Positions 40,169-54,059 are shown, numbered from the stretch's first letter. The stretch: 64,000 nucleotides of DNA from Octopus vulgaris (GCA_951406725.2 OX597841.1:20398001-20462000); one strand, 5' to 3'. Notes: generated from the sequence alone by a model not told the origin. Numbers and translations: made by a program.

Positions 40169-42992
40169 CATTGTTTTCCAAACTGTGTCACAACACAGTG
40201 GTGTGTCACCAGGTATGTCGCAAACATACAGGAAACCAGTTTATAAAATACCTAAAACCAATTTGTTTCAGCTCCCCTGAATCTGTTTGTTAGCATAAAG
40301 AACATGTCAATGTATGTACCTACCAGCTGTCATTTCCCACTTAATGTTTGAAGGTGAGAAAAAAAGGCACCAGTAATCTTCACTATATTTTCATTGTATT
40401 TTATTCAGCGTAAAAGAATTAACATATTGCAAGTGCTACTCTCTTGTCTGAAGTCAATTGAAAATCAATCACAAATGTTCACATCTGCACTTGTTTCAGT
40501 GAGCGAAACACACTGGAATTGCTTTCAAAAGTTATTGCTCCCTTTTACTGGTATTACCCATAACTGAGGGTGAATGAATAATTATGAAATCACATTAAAC
40601 TCATGCTACACTAGCCCCTTGTTCATCAGTCTTATAGGCTTATCCCTGGGAACCGACCATTTCTAATTTTATCGTGCTTAGTGCTGGTAATATTATTTAC
40701 ATGTTTAGTTATCATAACTTTATAATAAGTCAGCTTAATAAATTGTAATTAAAGATTACCCATAAAATGGATAAGTTTTTAATTAAGAAAAGAAAAATTG
40801 CAGAAGATGCCATTTCCAATGAACAAAATTTAACAGCTGTGAAGGAAACCACTCAAACAACCGTTGAACGATTTGCTTCAGAAGGTCAGAGGAAAAATTT
40901 TGAAGTCTCATTTATACATCAAAGATTATATAAAACTGGGATTCCTATTTTCTGGAAATGAAAACAACCATGGTCCCCTGTGTTTAGTTTGTGGGGATAT
41001 ACTTGCAAACGAAAGTATGGAAATTTGTCAACAAAACCAGTGGAGTCCTTCATTGAACTTTCAAAATCTCTAAAAAAAAGCAGTCTTCAATGTTCATAAA
41101 GAGAATGAAGAGATCAGACAAAGCTGAAGAGGCCAAAAGTGAGGAACAACATAGTATAGCTGAAAGTACAATAAAAGAATCTTGTTGTGCTATTGTTCGA
41201 ACAATGTTTGGACCAGAATTTGAGATAGAAGTTAATAAAATTCTTCTGGCAGAATCATCTTCTGGAAGATGAATTCAAAATGTGTCTGATGACATTAAGC
41301 TGTAAATGAAGGATATTTTTCAAGATAATAACTTGATATTTGCATTGCAGTTAGAAGAATCAACAGATGTCAGTAGGTTAGTACAAGTGGTGGATTTTAT
41401 GTTTCATTTATAATGACAGAATTATTGAGCAATTCTTGTGTTGTGTAGAACTTCCATTTAGAACAAGAGGTAAAGACAATTTTCATGGAAGAAAATAATT
41501 TGTTATGGTTAAACTGTGTAGGAATATGCACAGATGGTGCACCCTCAATAATAGGTTCAGTAAAAGGTTTTACAACTTTAGCAAGCAAAAAAAACCAAAT
41601 TTTACAATTACTAATTGTTTTTGCTTCGTGAAGCACTAATTGCACAAACTGCTGGAGATGATTTACGAAGTGGTTCAAATGGTCATCAGAAGCAGATCTC
41701 TTAAATCAAGATTATTTGCTCAAATTTGTGAAGAAACGGAAGCAAATTTCAAGAAACTACTACTACGTACAGTGGTTTGTTATCTTTCAAAAAGTTGTAT
41801 GAATTGAGGGAAATGATGCTTAAACATTTTGAAGAAAATTAATAGAATGAATTCCATGATCTGGTTCAAGATGAACCAAATTAGCAAATCTTTTGGACAT
41901 ATTTGAATATTTGAATAAAATTAGCACAAGTTTGCAGGGAGAAGCAGAAAATATCTTAACATCGGCTGATAAAATTTGTGCTATGAGAGAGAACATAACA
42001 ATTTAGAAGCAGAAAGTAAAAGAAAGAAATTTTGAAATGTTATCCAAAACTTGTGAGTAGGAAGTAAAATGTGAGACCAGCTCATTAATTGTTGACCGTT
42101 TAATATTGCTTTGAGATAAACAATTATTATTTTCCAAATTTAGAAATCCAAAACTACAGTTGGGTCAGAAATTCACTTCTGGCAACAACAAGGATTGATT
42201 TTTCACTTACTGAAAAAGAAGAACTAGCCGAAATTAAGAATGATCAGTGTCTGTTATTGATTTATGAAGAGGGGAGCTTACAGAACTTTTGGATCTGTAT
42301 TTCAAAGAAGCATCCAAACCCAGCTAAAAACCCCTACAAATTCTTTTGAAGTTTTCAACTACAAACATTTGTGAAGCATCTTTTTCAACAATGCTAGACT
42401 TAAAGACATCAAAACATGGAAACTTGAAAATGCTTGATAGTGAAATGCAAGTATTATTATCAGCTGTTCCACCAAAATCTCTGTTCTTCCCATCACTGAA
42501 ATAGTAAGAACATTGAGCTTTATTGGATAACCAGTTGATCTAGCAAGCGGGGCCTCATATGAGTGAAGGGGGCTGGTGCATATTGATACCATCGAGAGAT
42601 AGACCCCGAAATGGCATGCATTCTCTCCTGGTGACCCCATACACTTGCTGGCTTCAGGTATGCAGAGTTCTCGACTAGTAGCACTTGCACGTGCAAGTTG
42701 TGTGCAAGACATCATGCACATATTTACAGATTATTATCGATTAATGATAACTCACATTTTTCTTGAAAATGTATTTTATTTTGTTTACAAATTATATATT
42801 TATAAAATATAAATGAAAGGTTTTCTCAACGTGTCCTACTATTAAAATTAATTTGTGTATCAGCATCTTATAGCCACAGTCAATCATATTAAAATAATTA
42901 ACGCTAGGTTTGCATAAAACTTAATTGGTGTCTTGCTAAATTATGTATGTTTAAAAAGTGTGTCACAAACCAGAAGAGTTTGGAGAACACTA
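40169..42992 (+). mobile_element. Decayed hAT (Charlie/Buster-like) transposon
   Basis: TIRs cattgttttccaaac / gtttggagaacacta; MDKFLIKKRK, PLCLVCGDILANESM, FALQLEESTDV, CVGICTDGAP, FSTTNICEASFS. Confidence 0.88.
42503..42716. mobile_element. Unclassified about 200-bp repeat inserted in the hAT; second copy about 46203-46405
   Basis: attgagctttatt-gataaccagttgatctagcaag...gacccatacacttgctggcttc...gcaagacatc in both. Confidence 0.75.
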
Positions 42993-43779
42993 AAACATTA
43001 GAACAGTAATAGATTTTTTAGGAAGTTGACTGTTCATGGCCGGTCAGAGAACGACCCTTGGTTTTGCACTTATGAAACACTTGGCCATATAGGTAATTCG
43101 TCAGACTCGTATGGCCAAAGCACATAGCCTCTCTAGAACTGGAACGGGGAAGATGTCTCAGTCAGTTAGTTTTGTAAACATAAAAAAAGAAAAGAAAATA
43201 CATCCAGAATGGTTGTGTAGGTGTTACAGAAGGGACGGGGTTATCTCCCTTACATAAGTTCAAAGTTGCTGATATGGTTCTAGTCAACGAATAAGGAATT
43301 TCAAGATTATAGGAGGAAAGGTAAAGTTGTTTGGTTTGCCCCACCTTTCTCTCTCAAAATTAAGACTTGTGTGAGAATTTTCCTTAGATTGGTGGACAAA
43401 CACTTCACACAGTCATACAGACATGGACATTAAGTGACTCTTTTAGTTCCATTAAGAGAATTTTAGTGAGGAGAGGCAGGATGCTCTTATAGGTTATGCA
43501 ATGACTGTCTAGTGGGGGGGGGGTCCCAATGTGAAGCTGAGGGCATCATGTATGAGGCTGTGGTGATGGCCAACACTGGCAACCAGAGCAACACATCCAA
43601 TGACAATGGTAATTGTGATGGCAACTAACAGCAACACCAACATTGCAGCCAGATATGGCAGTCACACCAGGATCCCATCCAGGAATAACAGCCTTGGCAC
43701 TGACTCCAGCAACACCTGCAGTAGTAGCAACAATAGCGACATCAAACCTAGGATTAACAAAAGAGACATCAGTGGTGGT

Positions 43780-43995
43780 GGCACAGACCCAGAAATATGT
43801 CAGTTCAAATGAGGCCCCTTTAAAGCAACATCTGAACAACCACAGGTCCTCTTTAGAGATACCAAAAAGGCACAACATCACATCCCTAGCTAGCCATGTA
43901 TGGTGCTTAAAAGAGGAAGGAATTCAATACGTAATTAAATGGGAGCAAATGGTGTAAATTTTGCTTGGCAGAGATAGCAAGTATCCTAAAAAACT
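43780..43995 (+). mobile_element. Penelope-like element GIY-YIG endonuclease remnant
   Basis: KYVSSNEAPLKQHLNNHRSS...TSLASHVWCLKEEGIQYVIKWE, then CKFCLAEIASI after a frameshift. Confidence 0.75.
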
Positions 43996-44650
43996 TGCTT
44001 TATTTAGTTTAGATAAACTAATATGATTTATTTAACTAATAATCTGACCTCCTATTGTTTACAACAGATCAAGCGGATAAGTTCAAATGAATTAAAATGA
44101 CCGCTCCCTAACCCTCAATAATTTAAAAAATCTTTAATATACATAAAACAGAAGCATAATTATTGTGGATTAAATTCAGCTTTGACAAAAAGTTTGGAAT
44201 TACTCTTTTGGATTTTAAATTGAATTTCTTTGCTTTACATAAAATATTAGCTGTATTACAATTGCTGGATTTATATGCTTATACGCATGTAATTTTTGTA
44301 TGCGTATGTATATATATGTATGAATATATATATATTGAATCTTGTATCATGAATTTTTGATATGTTAATAGACATTATGTATGTACGATCTGTTGAAGTT
44401 TATTGTTAATACAATAATATTGTATATATGTTCTAATGTATTTATATACGCATATGACGTATGGTATCTCAAATGTAATATATTGTTCAATGGTGTTCAT
44501 TAATGTATTTTGCGCATGTGAATAGTATGTACGCTTTGCTTATGTATGTATGTATTTTTATATATGTATATTTGTTTATTGTTTATTTTTATATATTAAG
44601 TAATACGTGCATCATGTTTAGTATATTAATATTTTTAAAGTTCATTATAA

Positions 44651-44777
44651 TCTCTGACGAGGCCTATGGTTCTTTTAACAAATAAGTATTATATTTTTTT
44701 AAATGCCTACAACCTTAGTATGTTGACAAAATGAAAATTGGATTCACTTTTGACCATAGGCTGAAACAGCTGTAAGA
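44651..44777 (+). ncRNA. Type I hammerhead ribozyme motif with long stem II loop
   Basis: TCT CTGACGA GGCCTATGGT...ACCATAGGCT GAA ACAGCTGT A AGA. Confidence 0.78.
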
Positions 44778-45572
44778 AGTAATTTTAGGATTTCATTAAT
44801 TTATACTATGACTTTTAAAATCTGTATTTGTATTATTATTATCTTATCTATTGATTTATATAATATTTTGTATGCTTTTGATGTTCTCATTTGTAAAATG
44901 AATAAATAATCCAACATTATAATATCCGAAAGTTGATGAACAAACTAAATTTGTTTCTCCATTTTCTTTTTTGTATCATAAATTAACGGTAAAAATATTT
45001 CTTTACCCGTTTAATATAATAACTGAATTAATTGCATTGCAATTAAAAACACTTATGTATTAAGAATTTGGGTACTTTACCAACAGTATATTGGATAAAT
45101 GACAACCCCTATCTTACTTTACATATCATCATCATCATCATCATCATCATTTAATGTTTGCCTTCCATGCAGACATGGGTCAGATGGTTTGACAAGAGCC
45201 AGTCAGGTAGAAGGCTACTCCTGGCTACTGTGTCTGTTTCAGCAGGGTTTTTATGGTTGGATGCCCTTCCTAACACCAACCACTCTGCAGAGTGGACTGA
45301 GTGCATTTTATGTGGCTTCAGCACAGATGTGGTCAGTTTTGGCATGATTTTTATTGGTGAATGCCCTTCTAAATGCCAACCGCTCTACAGTGTGAACTGG
45401 ATGCTTTTTACATGGTCCCAGCACTGACAGGGTCACCAAGAAAGAGAGTGAGAGGTGTTCTATCACAAACATAAGATCATCTCCAGACACATGCTTTGAT
45501 ACCATCAGTATGCCATCTCTCCCTAATAACAAACCATTCATTCAAAACATTAATACAATAAAACATTATAAC

Positions 45573-45616
45573 CAACATCACTGAGTCAAAGAGGATCATT
45601 AAATATTTTGGCAGAT
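45573..45616 (-). CDS. Candidate small exon of host gene ((D)LPKYLMILFDSVML)
   Basis: atttttcacag acceptor, TTG|gttata donor, phase 1/0 fits neighbours. Confidence 0.4.
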
Positions 45617-45619
45617 CTG

Positions 45620-46530
45620 TGAAAAATATCAGCCACATCTTCCCCAAATCACATCCCACAGTCTAATGTATGTATACATGAGTTTATGAACCGATAAGAG
45701 AGACCGAAATATTATAACTAGACATGGTCACATGTTTATATATACATGTGTCTATATATATGTGTCTATATATACATGTGTCTATGAGCCAATAAGAGAG
45801 GCATATTACATGTAGACAGGGTGAACATAACTGCTAATTCTTATGTGTGTATATGTGTGCCTATGGGTTTATAAGAGAGACCAGAATATTGCAATGCTGG
45901 AAATCATAGCTAAATCATCCTCAAATCACATTCCACAGTCTTGTGTATGCGTACATGTGTCTATGAAGGAATAAGAAAGACCAACATATTATAACTAGAC
46001 ATGCTGGAAATAACTGCTAAATTTTCCTCAAATCACATCTCACAGTCTTACGTATGTATAAATGTGCCTATGAGACAATAAGAGAGACAAAAATATTAGT
46101 AGATGTGGTGGAAATAACAGCCAAATCTTTCTCAAATGCTATTCAACAGTTTCTTTTTTTTTTTCTACTGGATTTGGTTAAAAAGAGACGATGCGCGATG
46201 GCTAGAAGAATATTGAGCTTTATTTGATAACCAGTTGATCTAGCAAGTGAGGGGGGAGGGCTAGTGCGCATTGATGCTGTCAAGAGGTAGGCCCCGAAAT
46301 GGCGCACATTCTTTCCTGATGACCCCATACACTTGCTGGCTTCTGGTATGCGGAGTTTTTGACTGGTAGCACTTGCATATGCAAGTTGTTTGCAAGACAT
46401 CCTGTGTCTATGAGCCAATAAGAGAGAACAAAATATTATAACTAGGTACAGTGGAAATAACAGCTAAATGTTTCTCAAAACCCATTCTATAGTTATATAT
46501 ATATATATGTGTGTATGTGCCAATAAGAGA
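45620..46530. repeat. Diverged tandem array (about 90-120-bp units) resembling SINE tail sequence; related units at 47160-47540
   Basis: Recurrent gccaataagagaga..aatattataactagacatg..ggaaataacagc..aaatcaca. Confidence 0.75.
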
Positions 46531-47101
46531 GAGGTAAATATAAGAAGCATGATGAAAACAGTTGAATCTTCTTCATCACACTCTACACCCCTACAGTTTT
46601 ACGAATCTATATAGATATGATTCAACAAGGATGACTTGTACATGGTTTAATGGAGACCTGTAGAGGATATATATGTATGAATGAGGAGGAACCTATTCAT
46701 TGTTTGTAGACCTCACAACATCACACAAGACTACTATTATACTACCACACATACTATGCCATCACCAAGCATCACCACATGATTCAGCCAATGTGGATGA
46801 CTTAATGGTGTCTAAACCTGATAATATTAACAAACAATGCACCAAATCATTTTATATAGAAGTATATATATATATATATTACTTATTGTATATTGATTAT
46901 TCATTTTTATACTTTTTGTGATCTAGTTAAATTTTTAAAAAAAATATATTTATTTTTTATTTATGATTTGTTTTATGCCTATTATTGTTTGAATTATTGT
47001 TTGAGTGGTTTTTCACTAATTTATATTTTATATATTTATATTGTGAAATTTGATTTAATACTAAATTGAATTTTTCCCTGTAATTTTGGAGTTATACTCT
47101 C

Positions 47102-47160
<59 letters not shown>

Positions 47161-48272
47161 CATATATGAGCCAATGAGGAAGATTTCTATATGCTAGTTA
47201 GATATGTAAGAAATAGCACTCAACTCTCCCTCATATTAATCCTTTAGCAAATGTAATACTATTTACATTGTTTTAAATTTATCCTGCATCTTTGAGGGTT
47301 TGATGATGTGATTGGTTATTTTGAGAATGACATTATAGGGTAGTTGTAGGCAGAATATTTGGGTCAGGTGTGGCCAGTTTAAATGCTGTCTTATACACAG
47401 ATCAGCCAAAAAGGAGACCTCTACATGATAGCCTGATATGTTTGAAATATCAGCCAAATCTCCCTATAATTTACTTCACTGTCATATATATGTATGGGCC
47501 AATGAGGGAGACATCTACATGGTAGCTAGATATGTCAAAGGTAGTAGTTGTATAAATCAGAAATTACACCCAGTGGAGTAGAGAAACCAGGCAACGAATT
47601 GAATAATGGGGTCCTGGGTCCACAAAACAAGAAATCAGCTGAATGGTCATACCTGGAATGCAACTGATTAATCATTAACTCAGTTATAGTTGATCAGGTG
47701 ATTTAGTGGTTAGTGTGTTCAGTTTACAATTGTAAGATGATGAGTTAATTTCTAGCAGAGTGTTGAGTCACTTTAACTCCAGTTCATTCAGCTGGCAAAA
47801 ATGAGTTGTACCTGTATTTCGAAGGGCCACCCTTGTCACCTGTGTTACGCTGAATCTTCCTGAAAACAATGTTAAAGGTATATGTGTCTGTGGAATGCTC
47901 AGCCACTTGCACACTAATTTCAAACAATTCCACTGAAAGAATCAGCTGGAATCCTTATTGTCATAACTGATGCTGGGCCAATTTTAGGGCTAAATTTTAC
48001 ATCATTACACCAGTAAAGCATATGTCTCTACCTTTACCACATCTCCAGACCATCATGACACCAGCACACCTTCACCATATAAGTGCAAGCATGGCTGTGA
48101 GTCTTAAGAAGCTTGCTTCCCTACCATATGGTTCTAAGTTCAGTCCCACTGTATGGCACCTTGGGCAAGTGTCTTCTATTATAACCTGGCTGACTAAAAC
48201 CTTGTGAATGAATTTGGTAGAGGGAAACTGAAAGAAACCCATTGTGTGTGTGTGTGTTTATATATTTGTGTG

Positions 48273-48356
<84 letters not shown>

Positions 48357-48358
<2 letters not shown>

Positions 48359-48430
48359 ATCAAAATAAGCAACAAGAACATCCAGAGGTAATGCATTACC
48401 TGTGGATATCCTTGTTGCTTATTTTGATTA
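48357..48430. repeat. Spacerless near-perfect palindrome (74 bp)
   Basis: Axis at 48393/48394 in ggtaatgcattacc; arm matches 22520-22559. Confidence 0.88.
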
Positions 48431-48532
48431 TAATCACCCCATTTTGAAATTGTATGGATAATACCGTACCAAATTCTGGTGCCTTTAACTTTAGCACCAT
48501 ATTCATCTGAATCTAAATTTTACTGAACTTAT

Positions 48533-51500
48533 ATATCATCATCATCATCATCATCGTTTAACGTCTGCTTTCCATGCTAGCATGGGTTGGACAGTTCAAC
48601 TGGGGTCTGGGAAGCTAGAAGGCTGCACCAGGCCCAGTCTAATCTGGCAGTGTTTCTACAGCTGGATGCCCTTCCTAACACCAACCACTCCATGAGTGTA
48701 GTGGGTGCTTTTTACATGCCAGATGAAGCTGGCAACGGCCACAATCGGATGGTGCTTTTTACATGCCACCGGCACGGAGGCCAGTCGGGGTGGCGCTGGC
48801 AATGGCCAAGTTTGGATGGTTCTCTTACGTGCCACTGGCACTGGTATCACAGCTATAATTTCCATTGATGTTGATCGATTTCAATTTTCACTTGCATCAA
48901 CAAGTCTTCACAAGTAGAGTTTGGTGTCCCAAGAAGGAAAGGTATGCATAAGTGGACTGGCTAAACCACAGGTAGAGGCCAGGGGTTATGGTCTCACTTG
49001 TCCTGCCGGGTCTTCCCACGCACAGCATACTTCCAAAGGTCTCAGTCTCTAGTCATTTCCTTGGTGAGACCTAAAGTTCGAAGGTCATGCTTCACCACCT
49101 CGTCCCAGGTTTTCCTGGGTCTACCTCTTCCACAGGTTCCCTCAACCACTAGGGTGTGGCACTTTTTCACACAACTATCTTCATCCGTTCTTGCCACATG
49201 ACCATACCAGCGCAAACGTCTCTCTTGCACACCACAACTGATGCTTCTCAGGTCCAACTTTTCTCTCTGTCGAGTATGAACACTGACATTACACATCCAT
49301 TGGAGCATACTGGCTTCATTTCTTGCAAGCTTACACATATCCTCAGCAGTCACGGCCCATGTTTCACTGCCATGTAGCAAGGCTGTTCGTACACATGCGT
49401 CATACAGTCTGCCTTTTACTCTGAGCGAGAGGCCTTTTGTCCCTAGCAGAGGTAAAAGCTCTCTGAACTTTGCCCAGGCTATTCTTACTCTAGCAGTTAC
49501 ACTTTCAGCACACCCGCCCCCGCTACTGACTTGGTCACCTAGGTAACGGAAGCTATCAACTATTTCTAGATTTTCTCCCTGGAATGTGGCGGAAGTTGGT
49601 CTCTGCGCATTTTCAGTGTTTATTGCTCCTGAGCATCTGCCACATACAAAAACTATCTTCCTAGTTAGCCTTCCTTTGATATTGCTGCACCTCTTATGTG
49701 TCCATAGCTTACACTTGGTGCATCTTATAGAGTTTCTACCTACACCTTTTCTACAGATCAAGCAGGGCCATCTACCTGAAGGCGTTTGTGATTTGCCTGC
49801 CTTCCTACATATTAGAACTTTGGTTTTAGCTAGGTTGATTCTAAGGCCCTTCGATTCTAATCCTTGTCCCCACACTTAAAACTTTGCCTCTAGTTCTGAT
49901 AGTGACTCAGCAATTAGAGCAAGGTCATCAGCATATAGGAGCTCCCAGGGGCATCCTGTCTTGAATTCCTCCGTTATTGTCTGGAGGACTATGATAAATA
50001 GGAGGGGGCTGAGGACTGAACCTTGGTGGACCCCTACGTCTACCCTGAATTGCCAACCCTCACCTTACAGCATCCCTGTACATGGCTCGCGCAGCTCTCA
50101 CTAACCATTCATCTATCCCTAGTTTCCTCATTGACCACCAGATAAGAGATTGGGGGACCCTGTCAAAGGCTTTCTCCATGTCAACAAAAGCCAGGTACAG
50201 GGGCTTATCTTTGGCTAGGTATTTCTCCTGCAGCTGTCTTGCCAGAAATATGGCATCAGTGGTGCTTTTCCCTGGCATGAAACCAAACTGCATCTGATCC
50301 AAGCTGACTCTCTTCCTAATCAGTTGGGCTATGACCCTCTCTGTAACCTTCATTACCTAATCCAACAGCTTGATATCTCTGTAATTATTTATATCTAAAG
50401 CATCACCTTTACCTTTGTAGCAGTTGACTATTATGCTGCTACACCAGTCATTGGGTATGACTCCTTCGTGTATCACCTGGTTAACTATACAGGTGACTAG
50501 GCTATAGCCGACACTGCCAGATATTTTAAGCATCTCTGCAGTAATTCCTGGTGGGCCTGGGGCTTTCCCTGTCTTCATGCTTCTAATTGCCTTAACTACT
50601 AAGGAACTGGTCCCTCTGTTGGGTCGATATTCGGCAGACTCTTTTTATCCCATTCATTTTCCTCATTCAGCAACCTTTCATAGTGGCGTCTCCAAGCCTC
50701 TCTCTTTGCATCCTCATTTAACGCAAGTGAACCGTCATCCTTGCGAACACATTTCTCTCCTACCACATCACGATTCTCTCTCACACACTGTCTTGCAACA
50801 TGAAATACCTCAAGTCTTTCATCCTCACGGCGCAGAACATTGGCAAATTTCTTATCTGCTTCCCCTCTGGCTAAATAAATCTGCCTCCTAGCAGTCTGAT
50901 ACACTTCCCTCCTACCACCGTTCTTCCAGTCCTTCCAAGCCTATTTCTTTTGTCTAATAGCCCTGTCAACAACATTGTTCCACCACCACGTTATTTTGGG
51001 TCGGGAGGGGACTTTGCACCATCCACAGATCTGGTTGGTGGCCCTTAGCAGGTTGTCCAGTAGGAACCCCCAGTTGTCTTCTATACCATGTGAAGCTATA
51101 TACCCTTCTATTTCGCCAAAGGCTTCGAGTAATATGTCTCTAAATCTCTGTCCATTTGCAGGATGTTTAAGTCTCCAGACCCTTCTTCTCCTTGCTGGTT
51201 GTCTTCTGGGCATCCATTTAGCCCTGATCCTGAAGTCACTAACTACTAGTCTATGTTGTGGGGTATATTCTTCGCCTGGGAAGGTTTTGGTATTTATAAG
51301 CAGCCATCTTTCCCTTTTTCTGGTGAGGATGTAGTCGATCTGACTAGTGTGTCTGCCAGAGTGGTAGGTGACTAGGTGGCTGGCAGGTTTCCTGAAGTTA
51401 GTATTGCAAACCATAAGATCATTTGCATCACAGAACTCCAGCAGCCTAGTTCCCTCCTCATTGCGAGAGCCGAAACCGTATCCTCAATGGAAGCCATGGA

Positions 51501-52020
51501 AGCCCCCGACATGTTGTCCCTGTCATTCGTCAACGCAGTAGTCTGCAAGAGGGTGTCATAGAATCGGTCTTTCTGTCCATCGGGTAGCCCTGGCTGAAGG
51601 GCTGAGATAATGGTTGCTAACCCATGATGGAGCACTAATCTGATCTTAAGTATTCTGTCACATACTCTGACTATCTCAGTTGCTTTATCTACCCATTTCT
51701 CCGCAAGAAGTATAACCACACCCCCAACCCCATAAGTGTTCCCTGCCCAGAAAATCTTGTTCCTGTGTTCTTTGCCTGTGAGGAACCTAGCAGAACCTCC
51801 TCTCCACCTTACTTCTTGGATGCAGCACATATCAACACACCTCTGTTTAAGCATTTCAACAATCTTACCAGACCTACCTTTCAGTGTGTAGACGTTGAGA
51901 GTGCCAACCCTGAGGGTGTGGGAGGTATGGGCCCTAGAGACCCTGGGACAGGTGACAGTAGCTTCATGAAGCTGAAAAGAAAACTCGCATTTGGCAGAAT
52001 TCATAAGCAAACAATGATCT
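48533..52020 (-). mobile_element. Near full-length RTE LINE (APE + RT + PHD-type finger), frameshifted; 5' UTR may extend to about 52680
   Basis: GTLNVYTL, IQEVRW, IDYIL, QHRLV (APE); KAPGP, QFGF, DMEKAFDRV, LLYADDL (RT); (CAT)n tail. Confidence 0.96.
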
Positions 52021-52733
52021 TAAGTTCAACCTGCTTACACTAAACTATCATGTTTTGCACTGTATGATCACTACCTTATATAGTAGGGGTGGGGTTGGCG
52101 TAAGGCCTTTAGGTGTTCATGGGAGACAAGCAAAGGAGGACGACATAGGGACTTCCTGTGCAGGTGGAGAGGGTGGGAGGGCGGGCGAACTCGCGAACTG
52201 GCAAACATGGGCTAAGAAATGGGCTAGGAATTAAGAGAGAGAAAGGCCGATAGAGATGGAAGACTGAGTGAACGTGTGATAAATTTTCATGAGTGAAAGA
52301 ATATGTTGCAAATTAAAGAGAAGGCAGAAATAATAAGTGAGAAAATAATAAGGGTTTATGGTGATAATACACGCAAAAATACAATGAAAGAAAAAGGCAG
52401 GTGGAAAACTTAAGAATCTTAACTGTGATTTCTCATCTCCTCAGGATCGTGTTTACAGCCAGGGTATCGAAGTCAATAAGAAGGGTCAAGCAGTGTGCAT
52501 TGGTTTATGTAGGGAGGAGGAAGTTGTCGAGGGGGAGAAGTAGGGACAAAAGAGAGTAAGGATATAGACACAGACAGAGCGGCGGTCGGTAGAGAGAGAG
52601 AGAGAGACACATAGTGATAAGAGAGAGGGGAGACACAACAAGCCATGGGCTAGGAATTAAGAGATACAGCAATGTCTATATGGTCTGTTGGTGATTTCTT
52701 CTTCTCTTCCTTCTTTGAACATTTTCCTTTCTC

Positions 52734-52768
52734 CTTTCTGATGAAGAGTTATGCTTGAAATGTTACCT
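52734..52768 (+). ncRNA. Degenerate minimal hammerhead (family of 37850)
   Basis: CTTT CTGATGA AGAGT TAT GCTT GAAAT GTT; 3' strand of stem I lost. Confidence 0.45.
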
Positions 52769-52900
52769 CTCTCCTTTTAGCGAGCATCTTCAAAGCCTCC
52801 CTATCAGGCTGGTTCCTGTGGAGGGCTCTTCAATGGATCTTAGGCCCAACAATGACACACTTCATGCATTGAGTACATATTAAATTTTATTAAACTCGAC

Positions 52901-52974
52901 CAATATTTTCCAAGCAATGAACAATTTCCATCAAAACAATGATATAATTTGTCAAGATGGAACTTATTGCAAAA
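52901..52974 (-). CDS. Candidate exon of host gene (FAISSILTNYIIVLMEIVHCLENI)
   Basis: gtttattttgcag acceptor; weak G|gtcgag donor; phase 2/1 fits neighbours. Confidence 0.4.
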
Positions 52975-53660
52975 CTGCAAAATAAACAACACTTTTTTGT
53001 CTTCCAATTCAGGGGTCAGTACAATTTTTTTTCTATCTAACCTCTTCTCTTTCTCTTTCCCTCGTCTCTCTCTCTCTCTTTCTGTTGATTGTTTTCAACC
53101 ACCACCATCGCCACCACAACTGCCATACACACACCATTCTGACTTCTGATGCCACCACCATCAATATCTTTGACTTCGCTGCCTTCCCCTCCACCACCAT
53201 CGCCACTGTCTTTCACATCACTTACTATCACTGTTGTTCCTGACTGCTTCAGCTACCACCGCCACCATCATCACCATCGCCTCCACCTCTATCACAACTG
53301 CAGCTCATACTATTACTCTCACCCCAACATGAGCAATAATAAGAGTGTCAATGAATAGTGAGAGAAGGGGTCGAAGTGTGACACACTGACACACAAACTA
53401 ATTTTCGCATTTATTATATATATATATATATTCATGTGTGTGTGCGTGTGTGTGTGTCCTCTGTGTCTCCCCTCCTTGATGACCCTTGATCTTTAAAAAA
53501 AAGTACAGGAGCCAATTCCTTTAACTACAAATTCCTCAAGATAGTGCCCCAGCATGGCCACAGTCTAATGACTGAAACAAGTAAAAAAAAAGAGAAAGAC
53601 GATAAAGAAAACTATCACCACACCACCACATGAACATACCATAACATCAATCCATTCTCA

Positions 53661-53974
53661 CAGTGGTTCCTAAACTTTTTCAGGCTGACCCCCCCCCCTC
53701 ACACACACACTTTGGCATCCGGGTTACATTCCTTGTACCCACCCCCATCACTACAAACATAAACCATTTTCTGCAGCAAATTCAAAATAATTGTATTTTA
53801 CCAATAAAACTTAAACTTAATTAATCTATTATTTTTTTTACATCTACTGCCCTTTTTTGCACACTCTCCCACCATTTTGGACCTATTATTGACCCACTTT
53901 TCTTTAATGCACCCACCTCCTTGATCTTTCCACTGTCCCCAAGGGGGCAGTACCACCCACTTTTGGAACCACTG
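53661..53974. mobile_element. Non-autonomous hAT-like MITE
   Basis: TIRs cagtggttcctaaa / ttttggaaccactg. Confidence 0.7.
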
Positions 53975-54059
53975 CTCTACCATAACATCACAACACCAGT
54001 AGACCTTCAGTACACTACTTCCTGCTACAAAACAAGCTTATGACAAGGATACAAGAAAT

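Noticed and set aside
48455-48515. Minus-strand CAGATGA with TGGTGC/GCACCA hairpin
   Set aside because: Both core boxes deviate and stem I is absent; insufficient support
49042-52010. Active autonomous RTE
   Set aside because: ORF broken by several frameshifts and stops
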